Shown piece by piece: positions 27,887 to 37,281 of a DNA stretch of 64,000 nt. Source of the DNA: Candidatus Omnitrophota bacterium (GTDB lineage Bacteria > Omnitrophota > Gorgyraeia > Gygaellales > Profunditerraquicolaceae); NCBI GenBank assembly GCA_963805065.1, contig CAWDSS010000017.1:64726-128725 (forward strand). Direction: 5' to 3'. A program made the position numbers and the translations under genes. The stretch's first letter is position 1. Each line of letters starts with the position of its first letter. The notes under the pieces are model-generated. The model had not been told where the DNA came from. It ran no database searches and saw only the letters and a program-made list of their open reading frames with translations.

Positions 27887-28688
27887 AGTATTCTCCTTTA
27901 TGGACTATCCTTACTTTACCTTCCAGCCAGACTTCCCTAAAACTTCTACCCAGTTTTTTAAAAAATACCCGTAATAATTCATTACTTTTAGTCTGCACCT
28001 GCACTTTACTAACAGCCCTTGTCTTTAAGGCAAAAATCAGGGCTGCCGCTACTGACCCAGTCCCACAGGCAAGCGTCTCATCTTCCACTCCTCTTTCGTA
28101 TGTGCGTATGGCAATTAAATTGTCTTTCAGCACTTCTACAAAATCTACGTTTGTGCCTCGGGGAGAAAATTTATGATGATAGCGTATTGCCTGGCCTATC
28201 TCATCAACATCTATATCTTTAAGCCCTTCTACGAATATTACGGCATGAGGAACGCCTGTATCAATGAAATTAATTTTAATATTCCTCTTATTAACTTGCA
28301 GGGGGATATCTAATTTAAGGTCCCTGGGATTTGTTAGTTTTATTTTTACATCGCCATTATTGATATAAGATTCAATAATTCCAACTTTGGTTTCGATTCT
28401 TGGGTTCTGGGTTCTAGGTTTTAGGTTCTTGCTTAGCCAAAAGGCAACGCACCTTGCCCCATTACCGCACATTTCAGCCTCTGAACCGTCGGCATTGAAG
28501 ATGCGCATTTTGATATCGGCAAGCCCAGATTTCTCTAAAAGCAATAAACCATCTGCTCCTATTCCATATTTCCTATCGCATATTTTCTTAGCTAAAGCAG
28601 TTGGGTTCTTGATTTTATTACCCCTGTTATCGACAATCACAAAGTCATTACCGGAAGCAACCATTTTGCTGAATTTAAGTTTTTGCAT
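27879..28688 (-). CDS. dapF: Diaminopimelate epimerase
   Basis: ASGNDFVIVDN and both catalytic Cys motifs (MCGNGARC, ACGTGSVAAA). Confidence 0.93.
   Translation of the reverse strand: MQKLKFSKMVASGNDFVIVDNRGNKIKNPTALAKKICDRKYGIGADGLLLLEKSGLADIKMRIFNADGSEAEMCGNGARCVAFWLSKNLKPRTQNPRIETKVGIIESYINNGDVKIKLTNPRDLKLDIPLQVNKRNIKINFIDTGVPHAVIFVEGLKDIDVDEIGQAIRYHHKFSPRGTNVDFVEVLKDNLIAIRTYERGVEDETLACGTGSVAAALIFALKTRAVSKVQVQTKSNELLRVFFKKLGRSFREVWLEGKVRIVHKGEYYV
28395..28429. repeat. Tandem heptamers (plus RGGTTCT, i.e. AGAACCY on the coding strand) inside dapF
   Basis: gattctt gggttct gggttct aggtttt aggttct. Encodes KNLKPRTQNPRI. Confidence 0.8.
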
Positions 28689-28689
28689 T

Positions 28690-29958
28690 TTATATTTTAG
28701 CCAGAAACCTGGGTATTATTTCGTTTTTAACCAGATCCTCGCGGGTTTCTCTCTTCCTGATTACAAACGCCCTGTTTTTGACAACCATTACCTCTTGGGC
28801 TTTTAGCCTGGAATTATAATTACTGGACATACTAAAGCCATATGCCCCGGAACTCATAATAGCCAAGTAATCGCCTTCTTTGACTTTAGGCAGCTTTCTG
28901 TCTTTAGCAAAGAAATCAGCGCTTTCGCAAATTGGACCTACTATATCTACTCTCTCGATGCTCTTTGCTCGATGCTCGATGCTCGTAGGCAAAATCTGAT
29001 GGTATGCATCGTATAAAGCAGGCCTGATTAAATCATTCATCCCTGCGTCTACGATTATAAATTCCTTTTTAGGAGTCCTTTTAATGTATAAAACTTTTGT
29101 CACGAGTATGCCGGCATTGCCAATAATAAACCTTCCGGGCTCCATGATAATGCGTAGTCTTGTTTCTTTAAGTAACGCTAAGACTCTTTGAGCGAATTTC
29201 TGGGCAGTTTGAGGCGTTTCTTTATTATAAACTATTCCTAATCCTCCTCCGATATTAAGATATTCCAGAGTAATGCCCTTGTGCCTTAATTTGCCTATGA
29301 AATCCACTATTTTATTAATAGCGCAAATGTAGGGCGCCCCTTCAGTTATCTGGGAACCTATATGTATATGCAGCCCCGAAATCTTTAAATTAAAAAACCT
29401 ATCGCGCATTAACAGGATATCGTATGCACTTTTAAAATCTATCCCGAATTTATTGGTAAGTTTTCCCGTCGTGATATATTTGTGGGTTTTTGGCTCTACA
29501 TCCGGATTGATGCGTATTGCTACTCTTACAATCTTGTTTAGTTTCCTGGCTATGCGGTTAATGTTTTCTAATTCAGGCAGTGATTCTACGTTGAAAAACA
29601 GGATTCCCCTTCTTATCGCTTCTTCAATTTCTTTGTCTGTTTTCCCTACTGAAGCATAAACGATTCTGCTTGCAGGACAGCCTGCTTTAATTGCGCAAAA
29701 GAGCTCTCCCCCTGAAACAACATCCAGGCCTGCGCCTCTTTGAACCAGCGTCCTAAGGATAGCTAAATTAGAATTGGCTTTAACCGAATAGCAAATTAAA
29801 GGTTTAATCTGCCTGAAGGCATCTGTTAGCTTGTTAAAGTGGTCGATAATAGTCTGATAGCTATAGATATAAAGAGGCGTCCCGAATTCTTTAGCCAGTG
29901 CCTCTACTTTTACCTGTTCACAAAAAAGTTGATTATTCCTATATTTAAATTCGTGCAT
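28690..29958 (-). CDS. lysA: Diaminopimelate decarboxylase
   Basis: CYSVKANSNLAIL (PLP Lys), NIGGGLGI, GPICESADFF. Confidence 0.95.
   Translation of the reverse strand: MHEFKYRNNQLFCEQVKVEALAKEFGTPLYIYSYQTIIDHFNKLTDAFRQIKPLICYSVKANSNLAILRTLVQRGAGLDVVSGGELFCAIKAGCPASRIVYASVGKTDKEIEEAIRRGILFFNVESLPELENINRIARKLNKIVRVAIRINPDVEPKTHKYITTGKLTNKFGIDFKSAYDILLMRDRFFNLKISGLHIHIGSQITEGAPYICAINKIVDFIGKLRHKGITLEYLNIGGGLGIVYNKETPQTAQKFAQRVLALLKETRLRIIMEPGRFIIGNAGILVTKVLYIKRTPKKEFIIVDAGMNDLIRPALYDAYHQILPTSIEHRAKSIERVDIVGPICESADFFAKDRKLPKVKEGDYLAIMSSGAYGFSMSSNYNSRLKAQEVMVVKNRAFVIRKRETREDLVKNEIIPRFLAKI
28954..28988. repeat. Tandem heptamers CTCGATG inside lysA
   Basis: ctcgatg ctctttg ctcgatg ctcgatg ctcgtag. 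Encodes PTSIEHRAKSIER. Confidence 0.8.
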
Positions 29959-31330
29959 ATAATTTCTTATCCCAATTGTTTATTTGTTTTTTTACTAATC
30001 CCGGGCTAGTCCCTCCATAGGATTTTTTCAAGTTAACCGACGCCTTAACATTAAGAATGCCTTTGACTTTCGAGTCCAATTTGGGGCAATATTTCTTAAG
30101 TTCATTGGGGCTTAGGCTGGAAATATTTTTGCCTTTGTCCAAACACTCCTTGACTATTTTACCAACGATGTCGTGTGAATCCCTGTAAGATACGCCTTTC
30201 TTAATTAAATATTCCACTATATCTACAGAGAACAATGATTCATCAGTTAGCTTCGCCGCTATGGCTTCTTTCTCAATTACGATATTGCCAAATAAGGCAA
30301 TGGATATCTCTAAAATATCCTTTAAGGTGTCTACTGAATCAAAAAGCGGCGGCTTATCCAGCTGCAAATCCCTGTTGTAAGACATGGGCAATCCTTTCAT
30401 TAATATAAGCACATTGTAAAGGTCCCCGTGTATTTTTCCGACAGAGCCTCTGATGAGCTCTAAGACATCTGGATTTTTCTTATGCGGCATAATGCTTGAA
30501 CCGGTGCAAAAAGAAAAATCTATGTCAATAAAATTAAATTCTTTGGTTGACCACAGAATAAGGTCTTCTGCTATCCTGGACAAATGAACTGCCAGAATCG
30601 ATAAATCTGCCAATAGTTCAATGATAAAATCTCTGTCGCTTACGCCGTCAATGCTGTTAGCTGTAAGATTTTTGAAGCCCAGTTCTTTTTTTACAAAGTC
30701 TCTGTCAATGGGTAAACCTGTTCCGGAAAGCGCGCAACTGCCCAAAGGCATATAATCTGTTCTTTTCTTTGCATCAAGTAATCTTTCTCTGTCTCTCTCC
30801 AAACCTTCAATATATGCAAGTAAATGATGGGCCAATAGTACACATTGCGCTATCTGTAAATGCGTATAGCCTGGTATTATTACTTTTGAATTGGTTTTGG
30901 CAAATTTTAAAATTGATTTTTGCAGTAATGAAATTGACTCTTCTAAATCATCTATTTCATCCTTAATATACATCTTGACATCCAATGCTATCTGGTCGTT
31001 TCTGGAACGAGCAGTATGCAATTTGAACGCCACCTTACCAACTTTTTTCAAAAGTACGGCTTGAACATTGGAATGGATGTCTTCTGCTTTAGGGTCAAAT
31101 TTAAATTTCCCCTTGTTTAGGTCTTTTAAAATTAAATCAAGTCCCTTTACAATAAGCGCGGCATCTTTGACCGGGATAATGCCCTGCTTTCCCAGCATTT
31201 TGGCATGGGCAATACTGCCTAAAACATCATACTTGGCCAATCGCTTATCAAAAGAAATACTGGAAGTAAATTTGTCCGTCAAGAGATTAGTTTTCTTGGG
31301 AAATCTTGTTCCCCACAGTTTCTTCGTCAT
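29945..31330 (-). CDS. argH: Argininosuccinate lyase
   Basis: Fumarate-lyase signature SSIMPHKKNPDVLEL. 461 aa. Confidence 0.95.
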   Translation of the reverse strand: MTKKLWGTRFPKKTNLLTDKFTSSISFDKRLAKYDVLGSIAHAKMLGKQGIIPVKDAALIVKGLDLILKDLNKGKFKFDPKAEDIHSNVQAVLLKKVGKVAFKLHTARSRNDQIALDVKMYIKDEIDDLEESISLLQKSILKFAKTNSKVIIPGYTHLQIAQCVLLAHHLLAYIEGLERDRERLLDAKKRTDYMPLGSCALSGTGLPIDRDFVKKELGFKNLTANSIDGVSDRDFIIELLADLSILAVHLSRIAEDLILWSTKEFNFIDIDFSFCTGSSIMPHKKNPDVLELIRGSVGKIHGDLYNVLILMKGLPMSYNRDLQLDKPPLFDSVDTLKDILEISIALFGNIVIEKEAIAAKLTDESLFSVDIVEYLIKKGVSYRDSHDIVGKIVKECLDKGKNISSLSPNELKKYCPKLDSKVKGILNVKASVNLKKSYGGTSPGLVKKQINNWDKKLYARI

Positions 31331-31372
31331 TTTTTCCTCTTTTAGTTTTGCGTTCTATCCAGAATGAACCTT

Positions 31373-31428
31373 AGTTTTGCGTTTTTCCTTTTGCGTTTTA
31401 CTTTTACCTTTTTACTTTTACCTTTTAT
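31373..31428. repeat. Tandem A/T-rich heptamers at the argG/argH junction
   Basis: agttttg cgttttt ccttttg cgtttta cttttac cttttta cttttac cttttat. TTAGTTTTGCGTT also occurs at 31342..31354. Includes the argG stop. Confidence 0.75.
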
Positions 31429-32599
31429 AAGGCATTCCCCATATCTTTATAAACCCTTCAGCTAATTTCTGGTCGAATCTATCCTCTTTGCCGTAGGTAC
31501 TTAACTCCTTCTTATAAAGAGAACGACTGGATTTTCTGGCTACCGCAACACAGCTTCCTTTAAATAATTTTAACTTTATTGATCCGGTTAGGTGCTTCTG
31601 CGTCGAATCAACGAATTTATCCAAAGCCTCTTTTAAAGGAGAAAACCAGAGGCCAAAATAAACCATCTCTGAATATTTAAGCGCCACAATCTCTTTAAAA
31701 TGCGCCAGCTCCCTGTCCAGCACAAGGCTTTCCAGTTCTTTATGCGCATTATAAAGAATAGTGGCTGCCGGAGCTTCGTAAATTTCCCGGGATTTAATCC
31801 CCACCAATCTATTTTCCACTAAATCCACCCTACCGACTCCGTAAAGCCCTCCTATTTCATTCAGATGGGTGATTAAAGTCTTTAATTTATAGCTCTTCCC
31901 ATCTATCTTTTGGGGAATACCCTTCTCAAAATAAATTTCAATATACTTTGGATACGAAGACTGTCCGGTTGGGCTTTTGGTAATTAAATATGCGTCTTCG
32001 GGCGGCTCTTGTTCCAAATTCTCCAAAACCCCGGCCTCAATACTTATTCCCCATATATTTCTATCGATGCTGTATGGCTTTTTCTTGGTTACATCTATCG
32101 GTATATTGTACATCTTCGCATATTCAATTTCTTCGTCTCTTGACTTAAATTCCCAAACTCTCACAGGCGCGATAATTTCCAGTTTCGGATTCAAAATACC
32201 GACGCTGACCTCAAATCTTACCTGGTCATTGCCTTTACCTGTACAGCCATGAGCAACCGTATCTGCTTTTTCTTTATGGGCTATTTCGACCAGGTACTTA
32301 GCAATCAAAGGCCTTCCTAAAGCTGTAGCAAGTAAATATTTTCCTTCGTATATCGCATCTGCCTTTAATGAAGGCATCACATAATCCTCTAGAAACTCAT
32401 CCTGCAGGTTCTTTATATACACTTTTGATGCGCCTGCAGCAAGGGCTCGTGCTTCAATAGCCTCAAAATCCTCACCTTCTCCCAAGCCCTGGCCTAAGTC
32501 CGCAACAAAACAAATAACCTCATATTCTCTTTCTTTAAGCCATCTGACTATGCAGGAAGTATCTAGGCCTCCTGAATATGCCAATACAACTTTTTTCAT
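31418..32599 (-). CDS. argG: Argininosuccinate synthase
   Basis: AYSGGLDTS ATP-binding motif, 393 aa, SD GGAGGA. Confidence 0.95.
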   Translation of the reverse strand: MKKVVLAYSGGLDTSCIVRWLKEREYEVICFVADLGQGLGEGEDFEAIEARALAAGASKVYIKNLQDEFLEDYVMPSLKADAIYEGKYLLATALGRPLIAKYLVEIAHKEKADTVAHGCTGKGNDQVRFEVSVGILNPKLEIIAPVRVWEFKSRDEEIEYAKMYNIPIDVTKKKPYSIDRNIWGISIEAGVLENLEQEPPEDAYLITKSPTGQSSYPKYIEIYFEKGIPQKIDGKSYKLKTLITHLNEIGGLYGVGRVDLVENRLVGIKSREIYEAPAATILYNAHKELESLVLDRELAHFKEIVALKYSEMVYFGLWFSPLKEALDKFVDSTQKHLTGSIKLKLFKGSCVAVARKSSRSLYKKELSTYGKEDRFDQKLAEGFIKIWGMPYKR

Positions 32600-32613
32600 T
32601 TATTCCTCCAAAA

Positions 32614-33003
32614 CTAAGAACAGCCTCCCGAGCTAGGTTGGTTATCACCAATGTTCATATGGCTGACTCTACCGTCCCCTCCGTTTCTTGTTGCCTGGCC
32701 ACAACCGGTAGAAAAAACCGCGTAATTCCAATCAATATTGCCCGTAGATGGTAGTGAAAGCTTTAGATGGGTATTAATACTTCCAATATTAGTATCGCTC
32801 CCGGAACTAGGATAATATCCATTCGAATCCAAAGAATAAGCCTTTTCTGCTACTTGGATACTCTTAAGATTAGCATTGGCTTCACTATTAGCTACATTCT
32901 CTTTAGCAGACATCAAATAACCTATACTCAGAGTTGCAAGAACGCCCATAATTACAACCGTAATCAACAGCTCCTGCATTGTAAAACCCTTTTTGCCAAG
33001 CAT
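32614..33003 (-). CDS. Type IV pilin-like protein embedded in the arg operon
   Basis: MLGKKG|FTMQELLITVVIMGVLATLSIG has a prepilin leader, Gly-1 and Glu+5. A C-terminal Cys pair (GCGQ...GGCS) resembles a pilin D-region. Strong SD AAGGAGAGG. Confidence 0.75.
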   Translation of the reverse strand: MLGKKGFTMQELLITVVIMGVLATLSIGYLMSAKENVANSEANANLKSIQVAEKAYSLDSNGYYPSSGSDTNIGSINTHLKLSLPSTGNIDWNYAVFSTGCGQATRNGGDGRVSHMNIGDNQPSSGGCS

Positions 33004-33026
33004 AAGCCTCTCCTTTACAAAAGATT

Positions 33027-33941
33027 TTATTTCAATAGCTTAATAAGTATTGCTTTTTGCACATGCAGTCTATTTTCTGCCTGATCAAAAACCACGGAAT
33101 GCCTACTCTCCATAACCTCATCAGTTATCTCCTGGCCCCTATGTGCAGGCAAGCAATGCATAATCAAGGCGTTATCCTTAGCAAAGCTTACCAATTTGCT
33201 GTTAACCTGGAATCTCTTGAACACTTTTTCGCGTTTAGCCGCTTCCTCCTCCTGGCCCATACTTGCCCAAACATCCGTGTAAATTACATCTGATCCTTTT
33301 ACTGCCATTACAGGATCATTAAATAAATTTAGGGAGGCCTTTGTGTGTTTGGCAATAGCCTTTGCTTCTTTTACAACTGATTTTTGAGGCTCATATTCCT
33401 TAGGAGTTGCCACATTCATATTTACGCCGCATTTAGCACAAGCATAAAGCAAAGAATTACAGACATTATTTCCATCGCCCACATAACTTAAGGTTAACCC
33501 TTTCAATTTTTTGAATTTCTCTCTTATGGTGTATAAATCCGCTAACGCCTGACAGGGGTGCTCAAAATCGGATAAGCCGTTAATTACTGGCTTATCCGAA
33601 TATTTCGCCAACTCTGAAACATTCTTATGTTCAAATGTCCTTAAGACTACAACATCTGCATATCTTGAAAGCGTTTTAGCCACATCCTCGATGGATTCTC
33701 TAACTCCTAAATTTATTTCATTAGGAGCCAGGTACAAGGAATTTCCACCCAACTGATACATACCCACTTGAAAAGAAACCCTGGTTCTATTAGAAGGCTT
33801 CTGGAAAATTAATACCAGTGACTTACCAGACAAGGCCCTGTTAAACTTTGCCTTATTTTTCTTAAGCTGGTCAGTTAAATCAAATATATTTTCTATTTCT
33901 GCAGTAGTTAAATCTTTAATAGATATGAGGTTTTTTTTCAT
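33027..33941 (-). CDS. argF: Ornithine carbamoyltransferase
   Basis: FQKPSNRTRVSF and HCLPAHRGQE motifs. Confidence 0.95.
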   Translation of the reverse strand: MKKNLISIKDLTTAEIENIFDLTDQLKKNKAKFNRALSGKSLVLIFQKPSNRTRVSFQVGMYQLGGNSLYLAPNEINLGVRESIEDVAKTLSRYADVVVLRTFEHKNVSELAKYSDKPVINGLSDFEHPCQALADLYTIREKFKKLKGLTLSYVGDGNNVCNSLLYACAKCGVNMNVATPKEYEPQKSVVKEAKAIAKHTKASLNLFNDPVMAVKGSDVIYTDVWASMGQEEEAAKREKVFKRFQVNSKLVSFAKDNALIMHCLPAHRGQEITDEVMESRHSVVFDQAENRLHVQKAILIKLLK

Positions 33942-33943
33942 TT

Positions 33944-34006
33944 TGCTTTCAGCTCTCAGCCTTCAGCTTTCAGCTGATGACTGACAGCTGATGACTGAAA
34001 GCTAAA
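33944..34006. repeat. Nine tandem heptamers (AGCTTTC... then AGCTGAT/GACTGAA) across the argD stop / argF start
   Basis: tgctttc agctctc agccttc agctttc agctgat gactgac agctgat gactgaa agctaaa. The two halves are partly inverse-complementary. Encodes the argD C-terminus FQSSAVSHQLKAEG*. Confidence 0.8.
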
Positions 34007-35167
34007 CACGCTGTCCAATATGTTAATGGTCTTATCAATCTCTTTTTTGGTTATATTCAATGCGGGCATTAACCGAAGCACCTTATCGTGCGTGCAATTA
34101 ATCAATAAACCCAAAGTCAAGCATTTTTCCACTACAGGCTTTCCTTCGGTATCTAATTCAATGCCGGCCATTAATCCTATTCCTCTTACTTCTCTGATAA
34201 TTTTGTATTTATTTTTTAATGCGTTCAATTTCATAAAAAGATACTCTCCTGACTTCTGCGCGTTGTTAAGAAGCTTCTCTTTTTGTATCGCAGTCAATAC
34301 TGCAAGCGCTGCCTTGCATATTACAGGGCCGCCGCCGAATGTGGAAGCATGCATACCAGGCCCTAGTGTATCTGAAATCTCATTTTTGGCTACCATTACA
34401 CCTATCGGTAATCCTCCTCCGAGGGCCTTAGCTAAGGTCATAATGTCCGGGGTTATCCCATAATGCTGGTAACAAAAGAATTTGCCTGTCCTGCCCACGC
34501 CTGTCTGGACTTCATCTACAATTAAAAGCAATTTTTTTTCATCGCAGATCTTCCTTAAAGATAAAACAAACTCTTTGCTTGCCACGTTTATGCCGCCTTC
34601 GCCCTGGATTAATTCCAGCATTATGGCTACGGTCTTGTCGGTTATTGCTTTTTTAACTTCCTCTATATCATTGAACTTAACCGTCTTAAAACCTTCTGGC
34701 AGGGGCTCAAAACCACTCTGATATTTTTTCTGTCCTGTTGCAGCCAGTGCAGCAAGGGTTCTGCCATGAAAAGAATTTTCAAAAGTTATAATTTCAAATC
34801 TTCCCTTGCCGAATTTACGGCTGAACTTTATTGCCGCCTCATTTGCCTCAGCTCCCGAATTACAAAAAAATACTTTACCGGGAAATGTCCGGTAAATTAT
34901 CTCCTTGGCCAATTTTGCCTGAGGTATGTGATAATAATTATTCGGTATAAATATAAGTTTGGAAATCTGGTCGCGTACTGCCTGCATAACCTTAGGATGG
35001 CAATGTCCTAAATTACCCACTCCCCAACCGGGGAAAAAATCCAGGTAAGCTTTTCCTTTAACATCCCAAAGTTTTGAGCCTTTCCCTTTAACAAATACCA
35101 GGGGAATCTTGGTATAGGTTGGCATTATATTTTCTTGATAACTTTGTAGGACTTCTTCTATTTTCAT
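33956..35167 (-). CDS. argD: Acetylornithine aminotransferase
   Basis: DEVQTGVGRTGK and TLAKALGGGLP (PLP Lys) motifs. Confidence 0.93.
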   Translation of the reverse strand: MKIEEVLQSYQENIMPTYTKIPLVFVKGKGSKLWDVKGKAYLDFFPGWGVGNLGHCHPKVMQAVRDQISKLIFIPNNYYHIPQAKLAKEIIYRTFPGKVFFCNSGAEANEAAIKFSRKFGKGRFEIITFENSFHGRTLAALAATGQKKYQSGFEPLPEGFKTVKFNDIEEVKKAITDKTVAIMLELIQGEGGINVASKEFVLSLRKICDEKKLLLIVDEVQTGVGRTGKFFCYQHYGITPDIMTLAKALGGGLPIGVMVAKNEISDTLGPGMHASTFGGGPVICKAALAVLTAIQKEKLLNNAQKSGEYLFMKLNALKNKYKIIREVRGIGLMAGIELDTEGKPVVEKCLTLGLLINCTHDKVLRLMPALNITKKEIDKTINILDSVFSFQSSAVSHQLKAEG

Positions 35168-35176
35168 TTTTAAAAT

Positions 35177-35234
35177 AAAGGGGACGTTTCTATTTTTCCT
35201 CTAAACTGGAGACGTTAAAAATAGAAACGTCCCC
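35177..35234 (-). terminator. 64-nt hairpin element, copy 2 (between argB and argD)
   Basis: Same arms as copy 1 (AAAGGGGACGTTTCTATTTTT / AAAAATAGAAACGTCCCC). The loop also contains GGAGACGTT, and the minus strand continues TTTATTTTAAAA-ATG(argD). Confidence 0.6.
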
Positions 35235-35244
35235 ATTTTTTCAC

Positions 35245-35279
35245 AGTTTTGCCTTTTTACTTTTACGTTTTGAGTTTAT
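35245..35279. repeat. Tandem A/T-rich heptamers at the argB stop
   Basis: agttttg ccttttt actttta cgttttg agtttat. Includes the argB stop at 35276. Confidence 0.65.
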
Positions 35280-36130
35280 TTTACTATCTCCGTTCCCACA
35301 CCCTGATCCGTGAATATTTCCAACAATAACCCGTGAGGAGTGCGCGCATCAATGATGTGTGTCTTCTTTACTCCCTTAGCCAGCGCTTCAATGCAAGCAG
35401 CTACCTTCGGGATCATGCCTTGCTGAATAATATTATTTTCTGCCAAGCCTTTTGCTTCTTCTGTGCTCAGAGTAGAAATAAAAGAATGGGGATCATCGGC
35501 ATTTCTCATAATCCCCTTAACGTTGGTTAACAAAACCAGTTTTTCCGCTTCTAATCCGGCAGCAATGCTTGCTGCAACTTCATCCGCATTAACATTGTAC
35601 GTTTTCTTGTCTTTACCCCTGCCCATAGGTAAAATTACCACGATTTTATCTTTTCTCAATTCATCTACCAAGGGTGCGGTATCTATCTGGGTAATATGCC
35701 CCACCAAACCCAAATCTACATTAGCCTTCTTTTTCTCAACCTGGATTATGTTTTTATCTTTACCGTTTATACCTGCGGCTTTTGCTCCTAACTCATCAAT
35801 TTCTTTTACTATTAAAGTATTCAGGTTTTGCAGTTCTTCCTCCACTAGATTAAGCGTCTCCTCATCAGTTACGCGCATGCCGTTTACAAACTCGGTTTTT
35901 TTGCCTGAGGCCCGCATTCGGTCGCTGATATTAGGCCCGCCGCCATGCACCAGTACCGGGCGTAAACCCATGAAATTTAAAAACACGATATCCTCCAATA
36001 CGCCCCTCCTTATCTTCTCTTCTCCTAAAATACTTCCGCCATATTTTATGACAATTGTTTTCTTATGGAATTTTTTAATATAGGGAAGCGCCTCAATAAG
36101 GACATCTGCTTTTCTAATTGCTTCTTCCAT
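35276..36130 (-). CDS. argB: Acetylglutamate kinase
   Basis: VIKYGGS and LVHGGGP motifs. 284 aa. Confidence 0.95.
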   Translation of the reverse strand: MEEAIRKADVLIEALPYIKKFHKKTIVIKYGGSILGEEKIRRGVLEDIVFLNFMGLRPVLVHGGGPNISDRMRASGKKTEFVNGMRVTDEETLNLVEEELQNLNTLIVKEIDELGAKAAGINGKDKNIIQVEKKKANVDLGLVGHITQIDTAPLVDELRKDKIVVILPMGRGKDKKTYNVNADEVAASIAAGLEAEKLVLLTNVKGIMRNADDPHSFISTLSTEEAKGLAENNIIQQGMIPKVAACIEALAKGVKKTHIIDARTPHGLLLEIFTDQGVGTEIVK

Positions 36131-36141
36131 GTTTTCCTTCC

Positions 36142-37281
36142 TTAATTGTATGCTGCATTTATTCTTATGTATTCGGGTGTTAAATCCGAGGTGTAAATTA
36201 TGCTGGAAAATTTACCTTTACCGATTAATACATCCACAGATATATCTTTTTTATTCAAGGGGCTTAGCTTAATTTTCATGTCTTTTTCTCTTACTGCTAT
36301 GCCGCTTGCGCCAACGCCAGCGACAATTCTTCCGAAATTCGGGTTCTCGCCGTACATCGCAGTCTTAAATAAATTCGAATTGGCGATAAATAATGCTGCT
36401 GTTAAAGCATCTTCTTTGCTCCTTGCGCCCCTTACCTTAATCTGAATGAATTTTGAAGCACCTTCTGCATCCCGGACAATCATTTTGGTAAGTTCATCGC
36501 ATACTATGCCTAATGCTTTTACAAACGCATTGAATCCTTTTTTTGCACTGATCACAGGATTACCGCTTGCGCCGTTTGCCAAAAGCATCACAGTGTCATT
36601 TGTGCTCATACAGCCATCAACGGTTATGCAATTGAAAGAACCAGATACGCAGATGTTTAACGATTTATTAAGTGCCTGTTGCGCAATATTAGCGTCTGTA
36701 AAAATAAATACCAGCATGGTTGCCATATTGGGAGCGATCATCCCTGCGCCTTTAGCAATTCCGCAAACCGTAACAATTTTACCGCCAATATTAAACTTTA
36801 CCGTAACCTGTTTGGGGAAAATATCGGTTGTCATAATAGAGAACTTCGCTTTATCTATTCCTTTTGCCGATAAACCTGTTATTAGTTTAGGTATGACCTT
36901 ATTTATAAGGCCTACCTGAAGCCGTTTACCGATAATTCCCGTAGAAGCCACTAGCACACTTTCTTTCTTAATACCCAAAGCAAAAGCCAGGGCCTTTGTA
37001 GTTGATTCTGCATCTCTTTCTCCCTGTTCACCGGTAAAGCAATTCGCATTTCCGCTGTTTACAACTATTGCCCTAACGCCTTTGTTGCTCTTAAGATGCT
37101 GCTTACATACTTTTATAGGAGCAGCCTGTATTTTATTTGTGGTAAATAAACAACTTGCCTTTGCCGAGATATCCGAATAAAACAAGGCAAGGTCCAATTT
37201 TCTGGATTTTTTAATGCCACACCATATGCCATTAGCCTTAAAATGCTTAGGCAGAATTGCTTTCTTATACAACTTTAACAT
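36142..37281 (-). CDS. argJ: Bifunctional ornithine acetyltransferase / N-acetylglutamate synthase
   Basis: Autoprocessing-site region MATMLVFIFTDA. 379 aa. Confidence 0.92.
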   Translation of the reverse strand: MLKLYKKAILPKHFKANGIWCGIKKSRKLDLALFYSDISAKASCLFTTNKIQAAPIKVCKQHLKSNKGVRAIVVNSGNANCFTGEQGERDAESTTKALAFALGIKKESVLVASTGIIGKRLQVGLINKVIPKLITGLSAKGIDKAKFSIMTTDIFPKQVTVKFNIGGKIVTVCGIAKGAGMIAPNMATMLVFIFTDANIAQQALNKSLNICVSGSFNCITVDGCMSTNDTVMLLANGASGNPVISAKKGFNAFVKALGIVCDELTKMIVRDAEGASKFIQIKVRGARSKEDALTAALFIANSNLFKTAMYGENPNFGRIVAGVGASGIAVREKDMKIKLSPLNKKDISVDVLIGKGKFSSIIYTSDLTPEYIRINAAYN

